Of a stretch of 33,347 nucleotides of DNA, positions 1-6,987 are shown piece after piece. Numbering within the stretch: the first letter of the stretch is position 1; each line of letters starts with the position of its first letter. The notes under the pieces are model-generated. The model did not search any database. It was not told the DNA's origin and saw nothing but the letters and a program-made list of their open reading frames with translations. Source of the stretch: a virus (Duplodnaviria > Caudoviricetes); IMG/VR virus record IMGVR_UViG_3300035491_000246, positions 1 through 33,347 of that record; one strand, 5' to 3'. Both the position numbers and the translations under genes were made by a program.

Positions 1-16
1 CCGCTACGCGCCTCCA
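1..16 (+). tRNA. 3' end of an upstream tRNA, probably tRNA-Cys (partial)
   Basis: CCGCTACGCGCCTCCA ends in CCA and resembles the 3' end of enterobacterial tRNA-Cys (...ACGCGCCTCCA); Cys-Leu(TAA) is a known tRNA order (cysT-leuZ). Confidence 0.6.
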
Positions 17-39
17 TCTTCTCCTCGAGTTCGTCTACT

Positions 40-126
40 GCCCGGATGGTGAAATCGGTAGACACAAGGGATTTAAAATCCCTCGCTGGTAACAGCGTGC
101 CGGTTCAAGTCCGGCTCCGGGCACCA
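40..126 (+). tRNA. tRNA-Leu (anticodon TAA), prophage integration target
   Basis: GCCCGGA acceptor stem pairing with TCCGGGC-ACCA, D-loop TGGTGAAATCGGTAGACACA, anticodon arm GGGA-TTTAAAA-TCCC, long variable arm, GGTTCAAGTCC T-arm. Confidence 0.96.
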
Positions 127-127
127 T
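68..127 (+). repeat. attL core, 60-bp direct repeat (3' part of tRNA-Leu)
   Basis: Identical to 33221-33280. Confidence 0.97.
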
Positions 128-173
128 GTATATCAAGTCTCTCACCGATAGTGAATGCAAACCGAATTGTCAC

Positions 174-204
174 CGGGGAACGCTCGGGGAAGATGATCGG
201 GGAA
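174..204 (+). repeat. Putative integrase arm-type sites (3 x CGGGGAA)
   Basis: GGGGAA at 175, 186 and 199; further copies near attR at 33120-33125 and inverted at 33175-33180. Confidence 0.6.
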
Positions 205-207
205 CAT

Positions 208-1218
208 TCAGCCCTGTTTTTTCACTGAATCCACAGCTGGAACAACCTTGATTGAGCGGTCGTAGACGGCCACCTGACCCTCAGTTTTATGCCCTGAAAT
301 TGCCTGTTTCTCTTTGCTCGATCCGGCAATGTCGGAGATGGCTTTCGCTTTCAGATCGTGGAAAGTGAAGTCGAGCGGCCAGCCCGTTTTCTCCCGCGCT
401 GACAATACGGCCTCACGCCATGCTGAGTTGAAGCCGTTGTCGGTGTAGGGCGCGCCATCGGGCTTGATCACCACATAGGTGCCGAGGGCGTTTTTGCTCA
501 ACCCCTTTGCCTGGGCAATGATGGCCCTCAGCCGGGGCGACCACGCCTTGATCTGCTTGGCGCCGGTTTTGCCCTGTTGAATGAAAATCCCTTCTTCCAG
601 CACGCTGCTCCAGCGTAGCTTCAACACGTCTCCTTTCCTTGCCGCACACAGGTAACTGAGCTCCATGGCCACGCGCACCGCCGGCCGGGCTGCATCATAG
701 ACAGCCTGGTATTCCAGATCGGTAACATACCTGTCTCGCGCCCTCTCTTTGAACTGCCGCACGCCCTGGCACGGATTCTTTTTTACCTTGCCGCGCTCAT
801 AGGCCCAGCGAAACACCCGGCTGAAAAAAGCCTTTTCACGGTTGGCCTGTATCCGCGATGCCTTGCCGCGCTTGTCCATGTAGGCGCGAACGTGCTGCGG
901 CTTCACCGCGTCCGGATCCATGGCGCCAAAGACCGTGATGATGGGCTTGGAGTATTTGCGGTAGTCACCCTGAGTGGTCTTGCTCAAGTCGGCAAAGTCG
1001 GCGCTCTCGAAAAACTGACTGACCAGCCGGTTGATGTTGCCTTTGCCCACCTCGGCCTGCAGTCGCTCGTATTCCGCCCACACCACTGATCGCGCCTCTT
1101 TTGCCGAGCACAGCTTGATTGATCCGCCGTTCTTGGGGCGGAACACATAGCTGGGCCCCTTGAGGTACACCCGGGGCGGCAGCCAGTTGTCTTTGGCGTT
1201 TTGTCTTTTACCTGCCAT
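208..1218 (-). CDS. int: Phage integrase (tyrosine recombinase)
   Basis: Motifs ARKGD (R), QGKTG (K), FHDLKAK, SGH and VYDR (Y); adjacent to att. Confidence 0.96.
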   Translation of the reverse strand: MAGKRQNAKDNWLPPRVYLKGPSYVFRPKNGGSIKLCSAKEARSVVWAEYERLQAEVGKGNINRLVSQFFESADFADLSKTTQGDYRKYSKPIITVFGAMDPDAVKPQHVRAYMDKRGKASRIQANREKAFFSRVFRWAYERGKVKKNPCQGVRQFKERARDRYVTDLEYQAVYDAARPAVRVAMELSYLCAARKGDVLKLRWSSVLEEGIFIQQGKTGAKQIKAWSPRLRAIIAQAKGLSKNALGTYVVIKPDGAPYTDNGFNSAWREAVLSAREKTGWPLDFTFHDLKAKAISDIAGSSKEKQAISGHKTEGQVAVYDRSIKVVPAVDSVKKQG

Positions 1219-1427
1219 TACAGTGCTTCCAGGTTAAAGCCGTCGCTGTTGGCTGCCTGCCGCTGGCGCAGGGGCCAGTTAATGTGCTCCCAGGTGGTGC
1301 GGATTTGCCCGCCGGCACCCTCGATGTAGTAGATGCCGTGCCGGTCGAGGCATTCTTTTAACTCGGCCCGGCGGCGGTATCCGGTGAGCTCATGCAGTTG
1401 CTGCTCGGTGACGATAGGGCTGGCCAT
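1218..1427 (-). CDS. Excisionase-like protein (DUF4224-like)
   Basis: 69 aa, LHELTGY...LDRHGI pattern, stop overlaps the int start, SD AGGAGG upstream. Confidence 0.8.
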   Translation of the reverse strand: MASPIVTEQQLHELTGYRRRAELKECLDRHGIYYIEGAGGQIRTTWEHINWPLRQRQAANSDGFNLEAL

Positions 1428-1508
1428 GACGCCTCCTGTTTTACTTTTGGGATTTGTTGACTATATTCAAAACGAGCTTCAAACAGGGCTCGAAAAGCAA
1501 GCAGTTTA

Positions 1509-1537
1509 AGGGGCGCCCGGGCAGGTGCCCCTTTCTT
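1509..1537. terminator. GC-rich hairpin, putative rho-independent terminator (T-tail on + strand)
   Basis: AAGGGGCGCC-CGGGCA-GGTGCCCCTT followed by TCTT. Confidence 0.5.
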
Positions 1538-1539
1538 AT

Positions 1540-2092
1540 TCACTCCGGCCAGACGTAGCCTTTACCGATTTCGATACGAAAGCCGGCAGCATGCTTGTGG
1601 CCACCGCCGCCGAACTGGGCGGCTATCTCCGCAACGTCCAGACCGTCATCGGCGGAACGCAGGCTGAATACCCGGTGGGTGCCGGTGTCGTAGTAGCAGG
1701 CGGCGAAGGGTTCGCCCTGGGCCATGATGTGGCCGGCCTCGGAGCTGTAGAAATAGGGGGCGTTCAGCACCGGCACGTTATGCCCGGCAATGGTGGCCCG
1801 GCTGCCCGCTGCGGCGATCAGTTCGTGGATGTCCTTCATGTGTTTGCGGGTGATGGCCACGCCATCGCAATACAGTTCATCCACATCAGCGGCCATAAGC
1901 CTGTCCCACAGATCAAAGTCGTAGGCATAGGAGAACAGCGCGGCCTGGATCTCGCGGGTGCCGTCCAGCTGGAAACGCCAAAGGTCGCGGTCCTCGATGT
2001 GCTGCAGCAGCCTGGGCGGCTCTTCGCTTGAAAAATACTTCCAGGCAAGCATGGCACCACTGTGGTTCATGTCGAACACCGCTTGCACGTTA
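1540..2092 (-). pseudogene. DHH/DHHA1-family phosphoesterase, N-terminally truncated
   Basis: Retains FDMNHSGAMLAW, IEDRDLW and the C-terminal GGGGHKHAAGF DHHA1 motif, but has no upstream DxD/DHH motifs; the frame runs into the pL promoter/operator. Confidence 0.75.
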
Positions 2093-2110
2093 TGTGCTGG
2101 CTTGGGTGAA

Positions 2111-2139
2111 ACAATACGCAAAGGTATTAACTGAGTCAA
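2111..2139 (-). promoter_or_regulatory. pL leftward early promoter
   Basis: Minus strand TTGACT (2139-2134), 17 bp, TATTGT (2116-2111); overlapped by operators. Confidence 0.75.
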
Positions 2140-2172
2140 TGCGTAAAAGTATTATTTTTGGGTTTGCGTATT
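2113..2172. promoter_or_regulatory. OL operators (16-bp AATAC-N6-GTATT)
   Basis: AATACGCAAAGGTATT 2113-2128, AATGCGTAAAAGTATT 2138-2153, and half site TTTGCGTATT ending 2172; same motif as in the cI-cro gap. Confidence 0.8.
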
Positions 2173-2291
2173 GGGATGGTGAATCTGAAAGGGATTTGTT
2201 TGAGCTGGATCGGGGCCGGGCGCCGGGGTGGCTGGCTATACTGGCGGTTACCCAAACGGGTATAGATAACCCTGTCACAAGGAAAGCACGG

Positions 2292-3206
2292 ATGACCCAA
2301 TACGACGCACATGGCCAGCCTGCCTGGTCGATTAACTATTTGCGCAACCGCGACAAGCAGCTCAACAACCTGGTGGGCATTCTCGACGGCATACTGGCCG
2401 ACAGCCGCATCGACGAACAGGAGGTGCTCTATCTCGACACCTGGTTGAAAGATACCCAAGGGCTGGACGGCAACTGGGTTTTCGAGCAGTTGCGCCGGCA
2501 GGTGAACGAGGTGCTGGCCGATGGCGAGATCAGCGCCGAGGAGCTGGCGCATCTGAAGGAGGTGTTGCCCGAAGCCTTGCGGTCTTTGATCGGGTTGCCG
2601 AACGTGGACTTTTATTCGGAGGAGTCCGACAAACTGTTGCTGGAAGGGCTGTGCAAGGGGGTGATGGCCAATCGTCAGCTTAACGATCGGGAAATCCGCT
2701 ATCTGGACTGGTGGCTGGGGCAAAACGCCCTCTTGAAGAAGAACTTTCCCGGCAAGGAGCTGTATGCCCTGGTGCAGAAGGTGCTGGCCGATGGCCAGAT
2801 CACCGAAGACGAGCGGCTGGCGCTGGGAGAGGCGATCGAGCTTTACATCGGTAACCCACTGGACGAAGGGGCGGCAGACGGCCTGGCTACCCGGCTACCG
2901 GTAGACGAAGAACCGTCGTTGGCGTTTGACGGCACCAGCATTTGTTTTACCGGCAAGTTTCTCTCTGGGTCTCGGCGGCAATGCCACGAGTGGGCAGAGC
3001 GGGTAGGCGCGACTCCGAGGGACAACGTGGTCAAGAACCTGGATTACTTGGTGATCGGCACCTTGTCATCCCGCGACTGGCGGTTCTCGAACCATGGCCG
3101 GAAGATCGAAAAGGCGCTGGAGTATCGTGACCAGGACAAAACCCAACTGCAGATCCTGGATGAAGAAATCTGGGTGGCGTATCTGAAGGACTCCGGTTTG
3201 CTCTAG
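2292..3206 (+). CDS. Tandem TerB-like repeats plus C-terminal BRCT domain protein (304 aa)
   Basis: ATG 2292 with AAGGA SD; two helical repeats with LADG(E/Q)I(S/T)xxE; BRCT signature CFTGKF...GA...V..NLDYLVIG...GRKIEKA...E..W. Confidence 0.8.
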   Translation: MTQYDAHGQPAWSINYLRNRDKQLNNLVGILDGILADSRIDEQEVLYLDTWLKDTQGLDGNWVFEQLRRQVNEVLADGEISAEELAHLKEVLPEALRSLIGLPNVDFYSEESDKLLLEGLCKGVMANRQLNDREIRYLDWWLGQNALLKKNFPGKELYALVQKVLADGQITEDERLALGEAIELYIGNPLDEGAADGLATRLPVDEEPSLAFDGTSICFTGKFLSGSRRQCHEWAERVGATPRDNVVKNLDYLVIGTLSSRDWRFSNHGRKIEKALEYRDQDKTQLQILDEEIWVAYLKDSGLL

Positions 3207-3212
3207 GCCGTC

Positions 3213-3238
3213 AAAAAGCCCGCGCGAAGCGGGCTGTT
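3213..3238. terminator. Terminator between convergent genes
   Basis: AAAAAGCCCGC-GCGAA-GCGGGCTGTT; T-run on the minus strand. Confidence 0.75.
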
Positions 3239-3260
3239 CGATGCTGTATTGCACCTTGCG

Positions 3261-3551
3261 CTATGCGTTTACCTGGCCACAATTTTTACACTGAATGGCA
3301 GATGCAGGCATTTCAACTTGGCAATGCTTGCACGCTTTTCTTTCGCCATGGATTTCTTCCGGCTTGTCTCTGCGGCCTCTGCTGGTCGCCAGCACCCAGA
3401 TCACCGCAACAACAAACGCCACTCCTGTAAGTGCCGCGGCGGCAGTGAGGTAAATGCCGTAAGCCGCTGCGGCAGCAATCGCAACACCGATAAGCCACGG
3501 GGCAATAAGCACCGCTATCAAGATCAATACGATTAAAATAGCTACTTGCAT
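3261..3551 (-). CDS. Small membrane protein with C-terminal zinc ribbon
   Basis: 96 aa, about 55 hydrophobic N-terminal residues, then CKHC-x10-CKNC; SD AGGAGAG; directly downstream of cI. Confidence 0.8.
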   Translation of the reverse strand: MQVAILIVLILIAVLIAPWLIGVAIAAAAAYGIYLTAAAALTGVAFVVAVIWVLATSRGRRDKPEEIHGERKACKHCQVEMPASAIQCKNCGQVNA

Positions 3552-3592
3552 AAATCTCTCCTAAAGCAACAGCTTAGCAATATATATCGGGG

Positions 3593-4216
3593 TCAAAAGG
3601 CGCGCCCAGAGAACACCACTGGGCCGACGACGGTGCAGTTGCCGTTGATGGGGATGATCTTCTCGGGCCAGTCCTTGTTCAGTGGCTTGAGGTACTTCTG
3701 GCCGCTCTCGATGATCAGCTGCTTGAAGGTGGCCTCGTTCTGGTCGTCCAGCCGGGCCACCACGTAGGATCCATGGCGCCACTCGGCTTCGGGGTCGATA
3801 AAGATCAGGTCGCCGTCGCGGAACAGGGGCTCCATGCTGATGCCCTGCACTCGCAGCACAAAGGTGTGTTCGCTGCACTTTACCGGACAGGGGTAGAGCG
3901 GGGCCTCGGACGGGTGGATTTCGGTAATGTCGTGCCAGGCGCCCGCGGCCACCCAGCTGATCAGCGGGAACTTGCCTTTAATCTCGGGCCCGGTGGCGAT
4001 GTTGCTACGGGTGACCTTGCCGCCATGGCGTAAATGATCCGATGTAGTGCCAAGGGCTTTGGCGATTTTGTCCAGGTTGGACTGCCTCGGCTCACGACTG
4101 GTGCCAGCAATAATCCTGTGGATCGTTGGCTGATTCACTCCGGAACGCCTAGCCAGCTCGCCTTCTGACCAGTCGAGCTCAACCATCAGTTTTCTTATTC
4201 GGTCCCCAAGTGTCAT
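3593..4216 (-). CDS. cI: CI-like repressor (HTH + S24 peptidase, RecA-cleavable)
   Basis: N-terminal HTH (SEGELARRSGVNQPTIHRI), VAAG cleavage site, catalytic GISM and TFK; start set at MTLGD because the longer frame overlaps OR. Confidence 0.93.
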   Translation of the reverse strand: MTLGDRIRKLMVELDWSEGELARRSGVNQPTIHRIIAGTSREPRQSNLDKIAKALGTTSDHLRHGGKVTRSNIATGPEIKGKFPLISWVAAGAWHDITEIHPSEAPLYPCPVKCSEHTFVLRVQGISMEPLFRDGDLIFIDPEAEWRHGSYVVARLDDQNEATFKQLIIESGQKYLKPLNKDWPEKIIPINGNCTVVGPVVFSGRAF

Positions 4217-4228
4217 TTTGGCCCCAGT

Positions 4229-4303
4229 TATACGGAAACGTATTGTGATTGTATTGCGCCAATCTATCCTTTTGCGTATTATCATCCAATACCTTTAAGT
4301 ATT
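4229..4303. promoter_or_regulatory. OR operators and pR
   Basis: TATACGGAAACGTATT 4229-4244, TATCCTTTTGCGTATT 4265-4280, AATACCTTTAAGTATT 4288-4303; pR TTGCGC (4254-4259)-17 bp-TATTAT (4277-4282). Confidence 0.8.
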
Positions 4304-4312
4304 GGTGAGCAC

Positions 4313-4510
4313 ATGGAAATCAAAGCCATGATTCAGGCCCTTCTCGATTCCGGTATGACGCAAAAAGCGCTTGCCGAAGCGGTTGGCACAACCCAGCCGA
4401 CTATCCACCGCGCGCTGCACGGTGTGGATATCCGTTACACGGTAGGGCGTCGCATAGAACTTCTTTATGAGCAGGTTGTTGGCGGCTCAAATCCACCCAA
4501 AGAGCAATAG
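4313..4510 (+). CDS. cro: Cro-like HTH regulator
   Basis: 65 aa, MTQKALAEAVGTTQPTIHR; recognition helix QPTIHR is identical to that of CI; divergent from cI. Confidence 0.9.
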   Translation: MEIKAMIQALLDSGMTQKALAEAVGTTQPTIHRALHGVDIRYTVGRRIELLYEQVVGGSNPPKEQ

Positions 4511-4553
4511 CCTCAACCGCCAATTTCAAACCCTCAAAAATTCAACTGAGACC

Positions 4554-5066
4554 ATGATGACAGCGACACGCAAGAAAAACACGAGAAGCCCCAAACGGGT
4601 TTCACACAACGATCCGCTGGCCGCCGCCTACCTGCTGGGCCAGCAGCACAACATCAGCGAGCTGGCGCGGTTGCTGGGCAAGAGCGGCAACATTCTCAGC
4701 AACAAGCTGAACCCGGACTGCGACAGCCACCACCTGACCCTGGCAGAAGCCGTGGCCATTACCGAGCTGGCCGACGACGACACCATTCTGGAAGCCTGGG
4801 CCCACAGCCGGGGCAAGGCGCTGGTGGCGGTGCCCTCCGGCGAGAGCACCGACGAAGAGCTGGCCGACCAGGTGATGCTGGTGAACGAGGTGATGGGCGC
4901 GGTGTTTTTCGAAATGCGCGAGGCGCGTAAAGACGGGGTGATCGACCCGCAGGAGCACCAGACCATTACCAGTGCCGTGCAGCAGGCGGTGCGCGAGCTG
5001 CTGAACCTGGAAGCCGACGTGGCGGCCAGTGTGCGGGAGCTGGCGGCCCGGCGCATTCAGGCATAA
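4554..5066 (+). CDS. Phage regulatory CII-family protein
   Basis: HTH followed by LSNKLNP...HHLTLAEA and DGVIDPQE, typical of the 186-CII/CP76 family; position after cro. Confidence 0.8.
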   Translation: MMTATRKKNTRSPKRVSHNDPLAAAYLLGQQHNISELARLLGKSGNILSNKLNPDCDSHHLTLAEAVAITELADDDTILEAWAHSRGKALVAVPSGESTDEELADQVMLVNEVMGAVFFEMREARKDGVIDPQEHQTITSAVQQAVRELLNLEADVAASVRELAARRIQA

Positions 5067-5079
5067 CCGAATTTCAGGC

Positions 5080-5145
5080 AAGAAAAAGCCCGCAGCTTTG
5101 CAGGCATGGCGGGCTTAATCAATAACCAATCGGAGCGATTGATAT
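5080..5145 (-). ncRNA. Putative antisense sRNA (oop/sar-like)
   Basis: Minus-strand promoter TTGAGT-17-TAAAGT (5179-5151); terminator hairpin 5086-5116 with T-run on the minus strand. Confidence 0.55.
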
Positions 5146-5275
5146 GAACAACTTTAATCAAGAAACAACCAGAACTCAAGAACCGCGCTGGCTGCATCAG
5201 GGTCGGTACATCAGCTTTGTGGAGCTGGTGGCCATTTTCGCCCAGCGTAAGCGGGCATTGCAAGCGGCTGTTTGA
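5144..5275 (+). CDS. Small hypothetical protein (43 aa; not in ORF track)
   Basis: SD GGAG 5132-5135, ATG 5144, MNNFNQETTRTQEPRWLHQGRYISFVELVAIFAQRKRALQAAV; stop lies just before the SD of the replication gene. Confidence 0.55.
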   Translation: MNNFNQETTRTQEPRWLHQGRYISFVELVAIFAQRKRALQAAV

Positions 5276-5286
5276 GGGGAGCGCAT

Positions 5287-6204
5287 ATGAGTAACGTGAT
5301 AGCCCTGCACCAGTGGGGCGGTGAAGCGGTTGCGCCCTCGAAAGAGGAACGGGGGCACAGAGTGGCAGACGTGGACGATGGGTATACCCGGCTGGCGAAC
5401 GAGCTGCTGGACGCCCTGATAGAGGCCGACCTGAGCAAGCATCAATACAAGGTGATGCTGGCGCTGGTGCGCAAGACCTACGGCTTTAACAAGAGCTTCG
5501 ACCGCATTACCAACACCCAGATAGCCGAGATGACCGGGCTGCCGCAAACGCGGGTGTGCACGGCCAAGAACGAGCTGATCGACCGTGGCCTGATTGCCCT
5601 GGAAGGCCGGAAAATTGGCCCCAACCGACGCCTTTCTGAGTGGAAACAAAACATTCCCCAAAACAGGGAAAGTTTCCCCGAAACGGGGAATAAAAGTTTC
5701 CCCGAAACAGGGAACGGACATTCCCCGAAACAGGGACACACAAAAGACACTATTCAAAAGACAAAAGACAATACCCCCTCTTCGTCTCGGCTCGCTGTCG
5801 CTCCCCAAGACCCGGTGGCCGAACGGGTGATTGCCGATGCGGCCATTCAAACCCCCAACGGCAAGAGCTGGGGCAGTGCCGACGACCTGACCGCCGCCCA
5901 GTGGATTTACCAGCGGGTGCTGCTGAACAACCCCACCCAGAAAACCCCGAACTGGCCGGAGTGGGCCAACACCGTGCGGCTGATGCGCCAACTGGACGGC
6001 CGCAGCCACCGGGAGATCTGCATGCTGTTCGACTGGGCCAGCAAAGACGCCTTCTGGTGCTCCAACGTGCTGAGCCCGGCCAAGCTGCGCAAGCACTGGG
6101 ACACGCTCACCGCCCGCATGGTGAAGGGCCCGGCCACCGCTGCCAGTGGCGGCATGGTTGACCCGGACGACACCAGCTGGATCCACGACGACTGGGGGTA
6201 CTGA
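5287..6204 (+). CDS. Replication initiator, lambda O-like
   Basis: N-terminal ADVDDGYTRLANELL...RKTYGFNK; C-terminal WANTVRLMR...FWCSNVLSPAKLRKHWD; internal iterons. Confidence 0.92.
   Translation: MSNVIALHQWGGEAVAPSKEERGHRVADVDDGYTRLANELLDALIEADLSKHQYKVMLALVRKTYGFNKSFDRITNTQIAEMTGLPQTRVCTAKNELIDRGLIALEGRKIGPNRRLSEWKQNIPQNRESFPETGNKSFPETGNGHSPKQGHTKDTIQKTKDNTPSSSRLAVAPQDPVAERVIADAAIQTPNGKSWGSADDLTAAQWIYQRVLLNNPTQKTPNWPEWANTVRLMRQLDGRSHREICMLFDWASKDAFWCSNVLSPAKLRKHWDTLTARMVKGPATAASGGMVDPDDTSWIHDDWGY
5654..5772. repeat. Replication origin: four 17-bp iterons plus A-rich tract
   Basis: TTCCCC(A/G)AAAC(A/G)GGGA(A/C) at 5654, 5674, 5698 and 5721, followed by repeated CAAAAGACA. Confidence 0.9.
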
Positions 6205-6205
6205 C

Positions 6206-6874
6206 ATGCGCCATAGCCAACCCATGAGCATTACCGAGCTGGCCAGCCGCCAGAGCCTGACCACCGCCGCCGACAACGCCCATGCACATCAGGGCCCGGT
6301 GCCGATCAGCGACACCGACGCCAAGGTGGTGGGCCGCCTGCTGGAGCAACTGAAAATCGTGTTCCCGGCCTGGAAGCGCTCGTTCCCGACCGCCGAGGCC
6401 GAGAAGCGTGCCGGCATGGAGTGGACCCGTGCCCTGGTGGACGCGAACTGCACCAGCCGGGAGCAGCTGGCCCGGGGTATGCAGCAGGCCAGGGCGCAGG
6501 ACATGCCGTTCTTCCCCAGCCCGGGCATGTTCATCAAGTGGTGCGAGCTTACCCCCGAGAGCCTGGGCCTGCCCGCCATTGAGGTGGCCATGGCCGAGGT
6601 GGCCCGGCAGCGCTTTACCCATCCGGCGGTGGAGCTGGCCTGGAAGGCTACCCGCTTTGAGTCGCAGACCCTGACCGCCAGTGAGTACCAGCCGGTGTTT
6701 GCCCGGGCCTACGACATTCAGGTTCGCCGGGTGATGAACGGGGAAGACCTGCAAGCGGAGATCCGCAAGGCGCTGCCCACCCGGGAGCAGATCCAGCACC
6801 CGCCGGAGTATTACCGGGAAACCGGGTTGAAGCACCTGGCGGGCCTGAAGGCGATGATGAGGGGGAGAGCATGA
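6206..6874 (+). CDS. Replication protein, lambda P-like helicase loader
   Basis: QLKIVFPAW...W..AL...FFPSPGMFIKWC...LGLP; follows O. Confidence 0.88.
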   Translation: MRHSQPMSITELASRQSLTTAADNAHAHQGPVPISDTDAKVVGRLLEQLKIVFPAWKRSFPTAEAEKRAGMEWTRALVDANCTSREQLARGMQQARAQDMPFFPSPGMFIKWCELTPESLGLPAIEVAMAEVARQRFTHPAVELAWKATRFESQTLTASEYQPVFARAYDIQVRRVMNGEDLQAEIRKALPTREQIQHPPEYYRETGLKHLAGLKAMMRGRA

Positions 6875-6987
6875 TGGCCGAATGGATGGTTGGCGCCCTG
6901 CTGCTGGCGCTGGTGGCGGTTTACCTGGGGCTGGCGCTGTTCAGCAGCACGGGCCACTGGATGGGAGGTGACGACGATGGCAAGTAA
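6871..6987 (+). CDS. Small single-TM hypothetical protein (38 aa; not in ORF track)
   Basis: ATGA overlap with the P stop; MMAEWMVGALLLALVAVYLGLALFSSTGHWMGGDDDGK. Confidence 0.55.
   Translation: MMAEWMVGALLLALVAVYLGLALFSSTGHWMGGDDDGK

Noticed and set aside
174-204. att arm motif CGGGGAA equals the iteron half-site, suggesting O binds att arms
   Set aside because: Only a 7-mer; iterons are palindromic while arm sites are direct repeats, so coincidence is the simpler explanation.
46-228. 60-aa ORF on + strand
   Set aside because: Overlaps the tRNA-Leu gene and att arm; spurious.
1525-2031. 168-aa + strand ORF
   Set aside because: Antisense shadow of the DHH gene; no SD or recognisable motifs.
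2028-2291. 88-aa N-terminal extension of the BRCT ORF, and the TTG start at 2139 for the DHH ORF
   Set aside because: Both run through the OL/pL regulatory region; ATG 2292 has a proper SD.
5654-5737. Four spaced palindromic repeats as a possible mini-CRISPR
   Set aside because: Spacers are only 3-7 bp, the repeats lie inside the O gene and no cas genes are present; they are replication iterons.
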